Virus record (IMG/VR): IMGVR_UViG_2531839178_000011
Span: 1-11,238 of that record
From: a virus
Lineage: Duplodnaviria; Heunggongvirae; Uroviricota; Caudoviricetes
Reading direction: 5' to 3' (one strand)
DNA length: 11,238 bases
Shown here: positions 1-7,224 of the stretch, one piece after another
Layout: the number at the start of each line of letters is the position of its first letter
Numbering within the stretch: the first letter of the stretch is position 1
The notes under the pieces: generated by a model
What the model saw: the letters and a program-made list of their open reading frames with translations, nothing else
Database searches by the model: none
What the model was told of the DNA's origin: nothing
Translations under genes and position numbers: made by a program

Positions 1-75
1 CCCCATCAGCGACGTCTTGTGAAAATTGTCCTGTCTGGCAACAATCGCGCCCATCTATATTGATGGACACGAACG

Positions 76-750
76 ATGAATTCCCAGGCAACAAAAGATA
101 TTCCCTGCTTCCGTTCTTATTTGCCTGATGCCCTGCGTTTAAGATTTGAAGATAAACTGACCATCCGGGCCATCGCTCAGCGTCTGGGTCTCAGTCATTC
201 CACAATACATACGCTTCTTCAGCGATTTCTTGCATCCGGTATCGCATGGCCATTGCCCGATTCAGTTTCATTCGCTCAACTTGACGCCATCCTTTATGCC
301 AACAGAAAGAAGGAATTAACAGAGCCTCAAATCAGAGAAGGCTCATGGCGAAAAGAACGGCGAACCAGCTATAGCCGTGAATTTAAGGTCCGTCTGGCTA
401 AGCAGGCGTTACAGCCTGGGGCTGTTGTTGCCCGGATCGCCAGAGAACACGATATCAATGATAACCTGCTGTTTAAATGGAAAAGCCAGTACGAGGACGG
501 CTTACTGAGCGATGATGACATACAGGAATGCATGCCTGTCCCGGTGGCACTGACTGATACGCCGGAGCCGACCAGACCAGTTACAAATCCCTTCTGGCGT
601 AACAAGCATGATGAGCGCCCTGAGGGGGCTCCCGGAAACGTCCCACGGTGCGAGCTGCATCTTAAATCAGGTGTGGTAAAACTGTTTGACCCTCTCACTC
701 CGGAACTGTTACGGGCGCTAATCCGCGAAATGAAAGGGGGTATCCGATGA
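76..750 (+). CDS. tnpA: IS66-family accessory protein (TnpA/orf1-like), 224 aa with two helix-turn-helix-like segments
   Basis: The C-terminal half (RRTSYSREFKVRLAKQ...VARIAREHDINDNLLFKWKSQY) is an insertion-sequence orfA-type helix-turn-helix. The stop overlaps the next start as ATGA (747-750). The protein is longer than I expect for IS66 orf1, so the true start may be downstream of 76. Confidence 0.75.
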   Translation: MNSQATKDIPCFRSYLPDALRLRFEDKLTIRAIAQRLGLSHSTIHTLLQRFLASGIAWPLPDSVSFAQLDAILYANRKKELTEPQIREGSWRKERRTSYSREFKVRLAKQALQPGAVVARIAREHDINDNLLFKWKSQYEDGLLSDDDIQECMPVPVALTDTPEPTRPVTNPFWRNKHDERPEGAPGNVPRCELHLKSGVVKLFDPLTPELLRALIREMKGGIR

Positions 751-1094
751 TAACGCTGCCGACCGGTACCAGAATCTGGATCATCGCTGGCATCACAGAT
801 ATGCGTTGTGGCTTCAATGGCCTGGCTTCGAAGGTGCAGAACACGCTGAAAGATGACCCGTTCTCCGGGCATATCTTCGTCTTCCGGGGCCGCAGTGGCA
901 AAATGGTGAAAATACTGTGGGCCGATCGTGACGGGTTATGCCTGTTCGCCAAACGCCTGGAACGGGGCCGCTTCGTCTGGCCGGTGACCCGGGAAGGGAA
1001 AGTGCACCTGACGCCAGCTCAGTTATCCATGCTACTGGAGGGGATCGCGTGGCAACATCCCAAACGGACAGAACGGCCTGGCATCCGGATATAA
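747..1094 (+). CDS. tnpB: IS66-family Orf2 (TnpB of IS66; unrelated to the IS200/IS605 TnpB nuclease)
   Basis: 115 aa, MITLPTGTRIWIIAGITDMRCGFNGLA...LWADRDGLCLFAKRLERGRFVWP, a typical IS66 orf2 length and sequence pattern. Translationally coupled to the upstream ORF by an ATGA overlap. Confidence 0.9.
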   Translation: MITLPTGTRIWIIAGITDMRCGFNGLASKVQNTLKDDPFSGHIFVFRGRSGKMVKILWADRDGLCLFAKRLERGRFVWPVTREGKVHLTPAQLSMLLEGIAWQHPKRTERPGIRI

Positions 1095-1113
1095 CCCGTG
1101 ATAAAACAAGGGA

Positions 1114-2715
1114 ATGAACAATGAACTCCCCGATGATATTGAGCTGCTTAAAGCCATGTTGCGTAAGCAACAGAGTCGGCTTCGACAGTATGCCTGTCAG
1201 GTCGCGGGCTATGAGCAGGAAATTGAACGGCTGAAAGCGCAACTCGACAGGTTGCGTCGTATGTTGTTCGGCCAGAGTTCAGAGAAAAAGCGTCATAAGC
1301 TTGAAAATCAGATCCGACAGGCAGAAAAACGACTGTCGGAACTGGAAAACCGGCTGAACACAGCCAGAAATCTTCTGGAAGATGCATCGTCAGTCACAGA
1401 TTCACCTGACACCAGTCCCCCGTCAGAAAACCCGATCGCCAGTAAGCCTGAATCCCCGGGACGAAAATCTTCACGAAAACCGCTGCCGGCAGAACTTCCC
1501 CGGGAGACACATCGCCTTCTGCCTGCTGAAACCAGTTGCCCGGCCTGTGGAGGTGTTCTGAAAGAAATGGGGGAAACAATCTCAGAGCAACTGGATATCA
1601 TTAATACCGCCTTTAAAGTTATCGAAACCATACGTCCCAAACTGGCCTGTAGCCGGTGTGATGTCATCGTTCAGGCACCACTTCCCCCTAAACCGATCGA
1701 ACGCGGTTATGCCAGTGCAGGGTTACTTGCACGGATCCTGGTCAGCAAATATATGGAACATATCCCTTTATATCGCCAGTCAGAAATATACGCGCGACAG
1801 GGCGTGGAGCTGAGCCGTAATACCATGGTGCGCTGGGTATCAGAAATGGCAGACAAACTCCGTCCTCTGTATATAGCGCTGAATGACTATGTTCTGGAGG
1901 CAGGAAAGGTGCACGCAGATGACACTCCGGTGAAAGTACTGGCCCCGGGGAACGGAAAGACGAAAACGGGTCGTCTGTGGGTATACGTCAGGGATGATCG
2001 TAATGCGGGTTCATCCCTGCCGGCAGCCGTCTGGTTCGCGTATTCGGCAGATCGCAAAGGAGAACATCCGCAGCTCCACCTGGCAAAGTATCAGGGCGTA
2101 CTGCAGGCTGATGCCTATGCAGGTTATAACGTACTGTACGAAACGGGCCGGGTGAAGGAAGCCGGGTGCCTGGCCCACGCCCGCCGAAAAATCCATGACG
2201 AGGATGTGCGCCGTCCGACAGAAATGACTCAGGAAGCGCTCAGACGGATAGCAGAGTTATACGACATAGAAGCGGAGATACGTGGCAGTCCGGCAGAGGA
2301 ACGGCTTGCAGTCAGAAAAGCCAGAAGCGTCCAGTTGATGCAGTCGTTGTACGACTGGATACAGTTGCAGAGGAAAACGCTGTCGAAACATGCGGAGATG
2401 GCGAAGGCGTTCGACTATATCCTGAATCACTGGAATGCGCTGAACGAGTTCTGTCGTGACGGCTGGGTGGAAATAGACAACAACATCGGTGAAAACGCGT
2501 TACGATCGGTGGCGGTTGGAAGAAAAAATTATCTCTTTTTCGGCTCAGACAAGGGAGGAGAAAGTGCGGCGATCATCTACAGTCTGCTGGTCACCTGCAA
2601 ACAGAACGAAGTGGAGCCGGAGGACTGGTTGCGCGAAGTGATCGAGAAGCTCAATGACTGGCCGTCGAACCAAGTGCATGAACTGCTGCCCTGGAACTTC
2701 TCGTCTGTAAAATAA
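1114..2715 (+). CDS. tnpC: IS66-family transposase (TnpC/orf3)
   Basis: 533 aa with an N-terminal coiled-coil/leucine-zipper region ([14 protein letters not shown]...[12 protein letters not shown]) and CxxC...CxxC zinc-finger-like motifs (CPACGG...CSRCD), followed by a large catalytic domain. It sits 20 bp after orf2 and is preceded by AAGGGAATGAACAATG. Confidence 0.92.
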   Translation: MNNELPDDIELLKAMLRKQQSRLRQYACQVAGYEQEIERLKAQLDRLRRMLFGQSSEKKRHKLENQIRQAEKRLSELENRLNTARNLLEDASSVTDSPDTSPPSENPIASKPESPGRKSSRKPLPAELPRETHRLLPAETSCPACGGVLKEMGETISEQLDIINTAFKVIETIRPKLACSRCDVIVQAPLPPKPIERGYASAGLLARILVSKYMEHIPLYRQSEIYARQGVELSRNTMVRWVSEMADKLRPLYIALNDYVLEAGKVHADDTPVKVLAPGNGKTKTGRLWVYVRDDRNAGSSLPAAVWFAYSADRKGEHPQLHLAKYQGVLQADAYAGYNVLYETGRVKEAGCLAHARRKIHDEDVRRPTEMTQEALRRIAELYDIEAEIRGSPAEERLAVRKARSVQLMQSLYDWIQLQRKTLSKHAEMAKAFDYILNHWNALNEFCRDGWVEIDNNIGENALRSVAVGRKNYLFFGSDKGGESAAIIYSLLVTCKQNEVEPEDWLREVIEKLNDWPSNQVHELLPWNFSSVK

Positions 2716-2730
2716 TCCTTACGCTACGTA

Positions 2731-2747
2731 CTTCTCGGGGCGCTTAC
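2731..2747. repeat. Right terminal sequence of the IS66-family element (inverted-repeat end ...GCGCTTAC)
   Basis: CTTCTCGGGGCGCTTAC lies 16 bp after the tnpC stop. Its reverse complement begins GTAAGCGCCCCGAGAAG. The full extent of the repeat cannot be set without the left end. Confidence 0.5.
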
Positions 2748-2748
2748 T

Positions 2749-3054
2749 GAAAAAGCAGAAACCAAAGGCGCGAAAGCCGCAAAGAACAGCGCTGCACAGG
2801 AAAACCCGGCACCGCTGGCAGACGTTATTGTGGCTGACGGTCAGGCGAATGAACCACGTCCGGCTGAAGACCCGGTTGCTGTACAGGGTGACGCCCCTGT
2901 CCGGCTGAACGTCAGGGCCGTGTCTGAAAACGGGTTCTGGCGCTGTGGCCGTTTCTGGTCACATATCGGTGAGGATGTGGCGGTGAGCGCTGCGGTTGCC
3001 ACCCGCCTGATGGCAGAGCCGAATCTGATTGTCCGGGAAGCGGAGAAAGGCTGA
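2749..3054 (+). pseudogene. 3' fragment of a phage head-region gene, apparently 5'-truncated by the IS66-family insertion
   Basis: Frame 1 is open from the IS terminus to the TGA at 3052-3054 and reads ...AKAAKNSAAQENPAPLADVIVADGQANEPRPAEDPVAVQGDAPVRLNVRAVSENGFWRCGRFWSHIG...EAEKG. The first in-frame start is a GTG at 2830 with no convincing Shine-Dalgarno. Its position directly upstream of the gp36-like gene suggests a Mu gp35-type head-associated protein, but the family is not confidently recognised. Confidence 0.5.
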
Positions 3055-3176
3055 TGGGATACATCACGCAGGAAGACCTGTTACGCGCGGACGGCAGAGC
3101 CGAATCTGATTGTCCGGGAAGCGGAGAAAGGCTGATGGGATACATCACGCAGGAAGACCTGTTACGCGCGGACGGC
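3015..3176. repeat. Perfect tandem direct duplication, 2 x 81 bp (3015-3095 and 3096-3176)
   Basis: The two 81-bp units are identical base for base and are bounded by GGCA microhomology at 3012-3015, 3093-3096 and 3174-3177. Each unit carries the upstream gene's TGA, a GGAGAAAGG Shine-Dalgarno and the ATG plus first 14 codons of the next gene. Confidence 0.95.
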
Positions 3177-3572
3177 AATCTTGTCTGGAACATGGCGATT
3201 AACCGGGAAACCAACGGGCTGGATGAAGACAAAATCCGTCAGGCCATCAGTGATGCGGAAGCGGAAATTGATTCGTTTCTGTCCCGCCGCTACCAGCTGC
3301 CGCTGGGGGTGACGGAAATCCCGCGCCCGCTGCAACGCGTGGCGGTATCGCTGGCGTTTTACTGGTTATCAGAGCGTGACAATCAAATCACGGAGCTGAT
3401 CCAGAAACGCTACGACGACGCCATTAAAACCCTGCGTGAAATGGCGAACGGCACCCGTGACCTGGGCCTGCCGACGTATGCCACCCCGGCAGAAACCGAC
3501 AACGGGAAAATTATTGTGGTGGGTGCCAATGCCCGGCTGTTCACCCGTAACAACCTGAAAGGGGTGCTGTGA
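3054..3572 (+). CDS. Mu gp36-like phage protein (DUF1320-type), with a 27-aa N-terminal duplication if translated from the first ATG
   Basis: MGYITQEDLLRADG...AISDAEAEIDSFLSRRYQLPL...KRYDDAIKTLREMANGTRDLG matches the Mu gp36 family pattern as I recall it. The second in-frame ATG at 3135, with an identical Shine-Dalgarno, would give the native-length protein. The stop overlaps the next start as ATGA. Confidence 0.8.
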   Translation: MGYITQEDLLRADGRAESDCPGSGERLMGYITQEDLLRADGNLVWNMAINRETNGLDEDKIRQAISDAEAEIDSFLSRRYQLPLGVTEIPRPLQRVAVSLAFYWLSERDNQITELIQKRYDDAIKTLREMANGTRDLGLPTYATPAETDNGKIIVVGANARLFTRNNLKGVL

Positions 3573-4114
3573 TGGGGATTTCTGTACAGGTCAGCGGTGA
3601 CCAGCGTCTGGAGGATATCCGCCGCGCCGTTGAAAAGCTGGCAGAGGGTTCATTGCAGTCAGAGCTGCTGGAAAGCATCGGTGCGGTGGTGGAATCACAG
3701 ACCCGCCGCCGCATCATCGATGAGAAAACCAGTCCGGGTGGCGAACGCTGGCCGGACTGGTCTGACGGGTACAAAAAGACCCGCCACGGCAACCAGAGTC
3801 TGCTGCGCGGTGAAGGCCATCTGCTGGAGAGTATCCAGTACATCGTGGAAAACCGCGTGGTGCGTATCGGTTCACCGCTGGATTATGCCCGCATCATGAA
3901 TGACGGCTTTTCCGGCAGCGTGCCGGTCAGCGCCCACAAACGGCTTATCTCGCAGTGTTTCGGGCGGGCGCTGAAATATCCGGTCTGGCAGACCGTCGGC
4001 GCACATCACCGCATGATGAACATTCCGCAACGTGAATTTCTGGGGCTGTCTTCTGCCAGCCAGCAGGAGCTGCAACAGGTTATCAGTCATTTCTGGAAGG
4101 AGGTTCTGCCATGA
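3569..4114 (+). CDS. Phage virion morphogenesis / tail completion protein (Mu G / P2 S-like family)
   Basis: 181 aa; the segment ...GERWPDWSDGYKKTRHGNQSLLRGEGHLLESIQYIVENRVVRIGSPLDYARIMNDGF is characteristic of this family. ATGA overlaps at both ends. Confidence 0.8.
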   Translation: MMGISVQVSGDQRLEDIRRAVEKLAEGSLQSELLESIGAVVESQTRRRIIDEKTSPGGERWPDWSDGYKKTRHGNQSLLRGEGHLLESIQYIVENRVVRIGSPLDYARIMNDGFSGSVPVSAHKRLISQCFGRALKYPVWQTVGAHHRMMNIPQREFLGLSSASQQELQQVISHFWKEVLP

Positions 4115-4722
4115 CAGAACAACGCCCTGAACTGCGCACACCGGGGAGCACCGTTGCGGCCGCAGAGCACATTGTGGCCTGGCTGCAGACGGCCCTTCAG
4201 GGGGACACCCCTGACCGGGCTGACGTGGTGGAGCGTCACATCGGCCAGTTCAACAGCCCGGATGAAGTGAAACGCTATCTGTCCGGTCGCACCGGCTGTA
4301 TCCGTGTCGCGGCCCTGCGTGTCCGGGATATCAACCCGCGCGGCGGGCTGTCCGGTCTGGTCACCTGGGTGGCTTACATCATGGCGACGGATTCGTGGGG
4401 GTATTCCCGCGACGTGCGCTGTGAAGTGCTGGCCGGAAAGGTGATCAAACGCCTGCTGTCGTCGGATGCCACAGCGGGCATGGGGGCTGAACGCATGGCT
4501 GCTGATGTGCGGGCAGACAACATTTACTCCGTCAGCCTCGACGGGCTGGGTGTCACCATGTGGGCGGTGACGTGGGAGCAGGAATTCCGGCTGGATGAAG
4601 AGATTGATCTCGCCGCGCTCCCGGATTTCCTGCGCCTCGGGGCGACACTGCGCAGCGGCGAACACACTGAAATTAACGACGTGATCCATGTACGGGGTGA
4701 CGATGGAACAGAAACTGATTAA
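4111..4722 (+). CDS. Mu gp37-like phage protein (DUF1834-type)
   Basis: 203 aa, in the position and of the size of the gp37 homologue between gp36 and the sheath in Mu-like tail modules; ATGA-coupled start. The family call is from memory and position. Confidence 0.65.
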   Translation: MTEQRPELRTPGSTVAAAEHIVAWLQTALQGDTPDRADVVERHIGQFNSPDEVKRYLSGRTGCIRVAALRVRDINPRGGLSGLVTWVAYIMATDSWGYSRDVRCEVLAGKVIKRLLSSDATAGMGAERMAADVRADNIYSVSLDGLGVTMWAVTWEQEFRLDEEIDLAALPDFLRLGATLRSGEHTEINDVIHVRGDDGTETD

Positions 4723-4888
4723 GCCAGCGCGGGAAAACGTCCGTGTCCGTAAACCGGATGGCGCACATTTATCCCCGGAAGGGGAACGTCTCAACGTCTG
4801 CGCTTACTGGCTGCGCCGTGAAGCCGAGGGAGATGTGGAAATAACCACACTTCCGAAAAATAACAACAAAACCAGAGGGAAAAAATAA
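4688..4888 (+). CDS. Mu gp38-like small phage protein (DUF2635-type)
   Basis: Small ORF immediately before the sheath gene, with its stop overlapping the sheath start (TAATG). An alternative start at ATG 4703 (MEQKLIKPAREN...) has a better GGGGTGA Shine-Dalgarno-like sequence and may be the real start. Confidence 0.55.
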   Translation: MYGVTMEQKLIKPARENVRVRKPDGAHLSPEGERLNVCAYWLRREAEGDVEITTLPKNNNKTRGKK

Positions 4889-6361
4889 TGTCGCTGGGTT
4901 CCATTCCTGATGATATCCGCGTCCCGCTTGTCTGGATCGATATCGACAATTCACAGGCGCTGGAGGGTGCATCCGCGCAAAGCCGAAAAATTCTGGTCAT
5001 GGGCCATGCGGTATCGTCCGGCAGCGCAGACGCCCTGTCACTGACCCGTATCACCAGTGACAGCCAGGCAGACCAGCTTTATGGCAAAGGGTCGATGCTG
5101 GCTGAAATGCTCAAAATGCTGCGTCGTGCCAACACGTACACGGAAACCTGGGCGATGCCGGTTGCCGCTCCTGAAGGCGCTGCCGCAAAAGCCACGCTGA
5201 CCGTGCTGGGTACAGCGACCGAAGCCGGAACGGTGGCACTGCTGATTAACGGTGTGTCCGTTCAGGTGAGCGTGAGCGCCGGGGATACGAAGGAAAACAT
5301 TGCAAAAGCCATTGCTGATGCGGTGACGAAAAAGCCTGCCACGCAGGTGGCCGCTGCGGTGAAGGATGATGCCACGGATACCGTGGAGCTGACCGTGAAC
5401 TGGCACGGCGTCACCGGCAACGGTGCCGACGTTCGCCTGAACTACCACACCGGTGAAGCCTTCCCGGCAGGTGTGAAGGTGACCGCAACCGCGTTTACCG
5501 GCGGCACCGGGACACCGGAAATGGCAGACGCCGTTGCGGCCATCGGCCCGGAGTGGTTTACCGATATCATCGCCCCGTTCACCGACACGAAAAGCCTGAA
5601 CACCCTGCGTGATGAACTGCTGAACCGCTGGGGGCCGCTCAAAATGATGGAAGCGCAGCTGTGGACGGCGTTTTGTGGCACGCACGGGGAAACCGGCACG
5701 TTTGGTGAAACCCGCAATGACTGGCTGATTAGCTGCATCGGCACCAACCTGTCGCCGCATCCGGCGTGGATGTGGGCCGCGTCATACGGCGCAACGGCAG
5801 CGTATCACCTTGCCATTGACCCGGCGCGTCCGCTTCAGACGCTGGTCCTGACCGGCATTCTGCCGCCTGCGCGTAATGTTCGCTGGGATATGGGAACGTA
5901 ACCTGCTGCTGCATGACGGCATTGCCACGCACATGGTGGACGCCGGGGATAACGTCTGCATCGAGCGTGAAATCACCATGTACCGGGTTAACCAGTACGG
6001 TGATGCGGATGTGTCGTATCTTGATGTGCAGTCACCCGCCACGCTGGGCCGTATCCGTTACATCATTAAAAACCGTTTCTCGAACCGTTATCCGCGCCAC
6101 AAGCTGGCGGATGATGACGTGCTGGACTCGCTGGATGCGGGGCAGCCGGTGATGACGCCGAAGCTGTGCACTGCAGAGCTGCTGGATATCTGCCAGACCG
6201 AACTTCTCCCGGCGGGCCTTGTGGAAAACTTCAGCGATTACAGGGACACGCTTCAGGTGACACGCGACAGCAGCGATAAAAACCGCCTGAACTTTATCTG
6301 CCACCCGAATCTGGTGAACCAGTTGCGTGTGCTGGCAGGCCTGATTCAGTTCAAGCTTTAA
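4888..6361 (+). pseudogene. Phage contractile tail sheath protein (Mu L-like), reading frame broken once
   Basis: Frame 1 (4888-5901, 337 aa) and frame 2 (open from 5852 to 6361) together give about 490 aa, a full-length sheath. The switch must lie in 5852-5898. The start is preceded by AGAGGGAAAAAATA. This may be a real mutation or a sequence error. Confidence 0.8.
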
Positions 6362-6370
6362 GGGGGCCAC

Positions 6371-6727
6371 ATGGCAAAAATTCTTGGCATGGCGACCATT
6401 CGCGTGAATGGCCGCGAAATTAAAACCGAGGGGAAATCCACGCTGAATCCGGGCGGCTTCAGCCGCACCCAGCATATGGGCGGCGGCAAGGTCTGGGGTA
6501 TCTCCAGCAAGATGGCCTCGCCGTCCATCAAGGTAACCATTGCGGCGGCAGCGGATATGGACGTGATTGAAATCAGCAACTGGGAAGATGTCACGGTGAT
6601 GTTCTACGGCGACAACGGCCTGAACTACATGATGACGGGTTCCGCCACGGATAACCCGGCAGAGCTGGACGAGGATTCCGGCACCATCAGTGCCAACTTT
6701 ATCGGTGAAAAATGCGTGAAGGTGTGA
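6371..6727 (+). CDS. Phage tail tube protein (Mu M-like)
   Basis: 118 aa, directly downstream of the sheath gene, with a Shine-Dalgarno AAGGGGG before the ATG. Size and position match a contractile-tail tube protein. Confidence 0.8.
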   Translation: MAKILGMATIRVNGREIKTEGKSTLNPGGFSRTQHMGGGKVWGISSKMASPSIKVTIAAAADMDVIEISNWEDVTVMFYGDNGLNYMMTGSATDNPAELDEDSGTISANFIGEKCVKV

Positions 6728-6728
6728 C

Positions 6729-7124
6729 ATGGCCGCAATGGAATTTGAACTGAAACACGGGCTTCTGACCGGCAAAGGCACGGCAGATGAAACCCTGCAT
6801 AAAACCGTGAAACTGCGCGAACTGACCGCCAGTGATGTGATTGATGCGCAACTGGCCGCAGAACGCGTCGTCATGGGCGGGAACGGAAAGGCGGTGGCCT
6901 ACTGTTCTGAGGTGCTGATGGGACTGGAGATGATGCGCCGTCAGGTTGCGTCAATCGGTAATATCCCCGGCCCGCTGGACATGAAACAGCTGCGAATGCT
7001 CCACCCGGCAGACCTTGAGCTTATCAGCACGAAAGCGGCTGTGCTGGATGACATGCTTGAGGAGGTGGCAACGCGGGGGCGAACTGATGCCGCTGGCGTC
7101 GGCACTGATGAACCTGCTGGTTAA
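6729..7124 (+). CDS. Phage tail assembly chaperone (Mu gp41-like)
   Basis: 131 aa between the tube and tape measure genes, the conserved position of the tail assembly chaperone. An overlapping +1-frame extension is annotated separately. Confidence 0.65.
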   Translation: MAAMEFELKHGLLTGKGTADETLHKTVKLRELTASDVIDAQLAAERVVMGGNGKAVAYCSEVLMGLEMMRRQVASIGNIPGPLDMKQLRMLHPADLELISTKAAVLDDMLEEVATRGRTDAAGVGTDEPAG

Positions 7125-7224
7125 CCTGTCTTCGCGATTCAGCATTCAGTACCTGGAACAGCTGCCCCTGCGGCAGTTGTTCCGCCTGATAAAGCAACTG
7201 GAGAAACAGCATGGCAACAGGTAA
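6985..7224 (+). other. Out-of-frame (+1) extension ORF overlapping the chaperone 3' end; candidate translational frameshift product
   Basis: Frame 1 is open from 6985 to 7224 and overlaps the tape measure start at 7211. Its distal part (ELMPLASALMNLLVNLSSRFSIQYLEQLPLRQLFRLIKQLEKQ) looks like real protein, while the chaperone's frame-3 tail (RGRTDAAGVGTDEPAG) looks degenerate. The -1 frame is full of stops. Confidence 0.4.

Larger units (their letters stand above)
1..2747 (+). mobile_element. IS66-family insertion sequence, partial (left end lies upstream of the window)
   Basis: Three co-directional ORFs in the usual IS66 order (small HTH protein, 115-aa orf2, 533-aa transposase). The element ends in CTTCTCGGGGCGCTTAC (2731-2747), the reverse complement of the GTAAGCG... 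terminus I recall for IS66-family inverted repeats. No GTAAGCG occurs in bases 1-75, so the left inverted repeat is outside the window. Confidence 0.85.

Noticed and set aside
18-61. Possible sigma70 promoter upstream of tnpA (TTGTGA at 18-23 or TTGTCC at 27-32, with TATATT at 56-61)
   Set aside because: Spacing between the candidate -35 and -10 elements is 32 nt or 23 nt, far from the 16-18 nt optimum. The true IS promoter is probably nearer the left inverted repeat outside the window.
747-1094. tnpB as an RNA-guided nuclease (OMEGA/TnpB-type) system
   Set aside because: The name is coincidental. This 115-aa protein is the IS66 orf2 family, not the roughly 400-aa RuvC-containing TnpB of IS200/IS605, and no adjacent structured RNA is apparent.
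369-1667. Several minus-strand ORFs (369-872, 814-1242, 1308-1667) inside the IS66-family element
   Set aside because: All are antisense to the tnpA/tnpB/tnpC genes, which have clear family signatures. Their translations are Ser/Arg/Pro-rich and low-complexity.
3015-3176. Possible CRISPR-like or regulatory repeat array
   Set aside because: Only two abutting identical units with no spacers, lying inside coding sequence. This is a tandem duplication, not a CRISPR array or iteron set.
2912-3232. Minus-strand ORF with an internal repeated peptide (SSCVMYPISLSPLPGQSDSALPS twice)
   Set aside because: The repeat is just the opposite-strand reading of the 81-bp tandem DNA duplication; there is no independent evidence for a gene.
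3597-3899. 100-aa + strand ORF in an alternative frame
   Set aside because: Fully embedded in the virion-morphogenesis gene in another frame, with a Trp/Arg/Cys-rich translation typical of off-frame reading.
4087-4794. 235-aa minus-strand ORF
   Set aside because: It lies entirely antisense to the well-supported virion-morphogenesis and gp37-like genes. The translation is Arg/His/Gly/Pro-rich with no recognisable motif, typical of a stop-poor antisense frame in GC-rich coding DNA.
5038-5760. 240-aa minus-strand ORF
   Set aside because: Wholly antisense to the tail sheath gene, with a low-complexity, Arg/Gly/His-rich translation. No independent Shine-Dalgarno, promoter or room for a gene in this tightly coupled operon.
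6032-6874. 280-aa minus-strand ORF
   Set aside because: Antisense to sheath, tube and chaperone genes together. Spanning three sense genes with degenerate composition points to a chance open frame.
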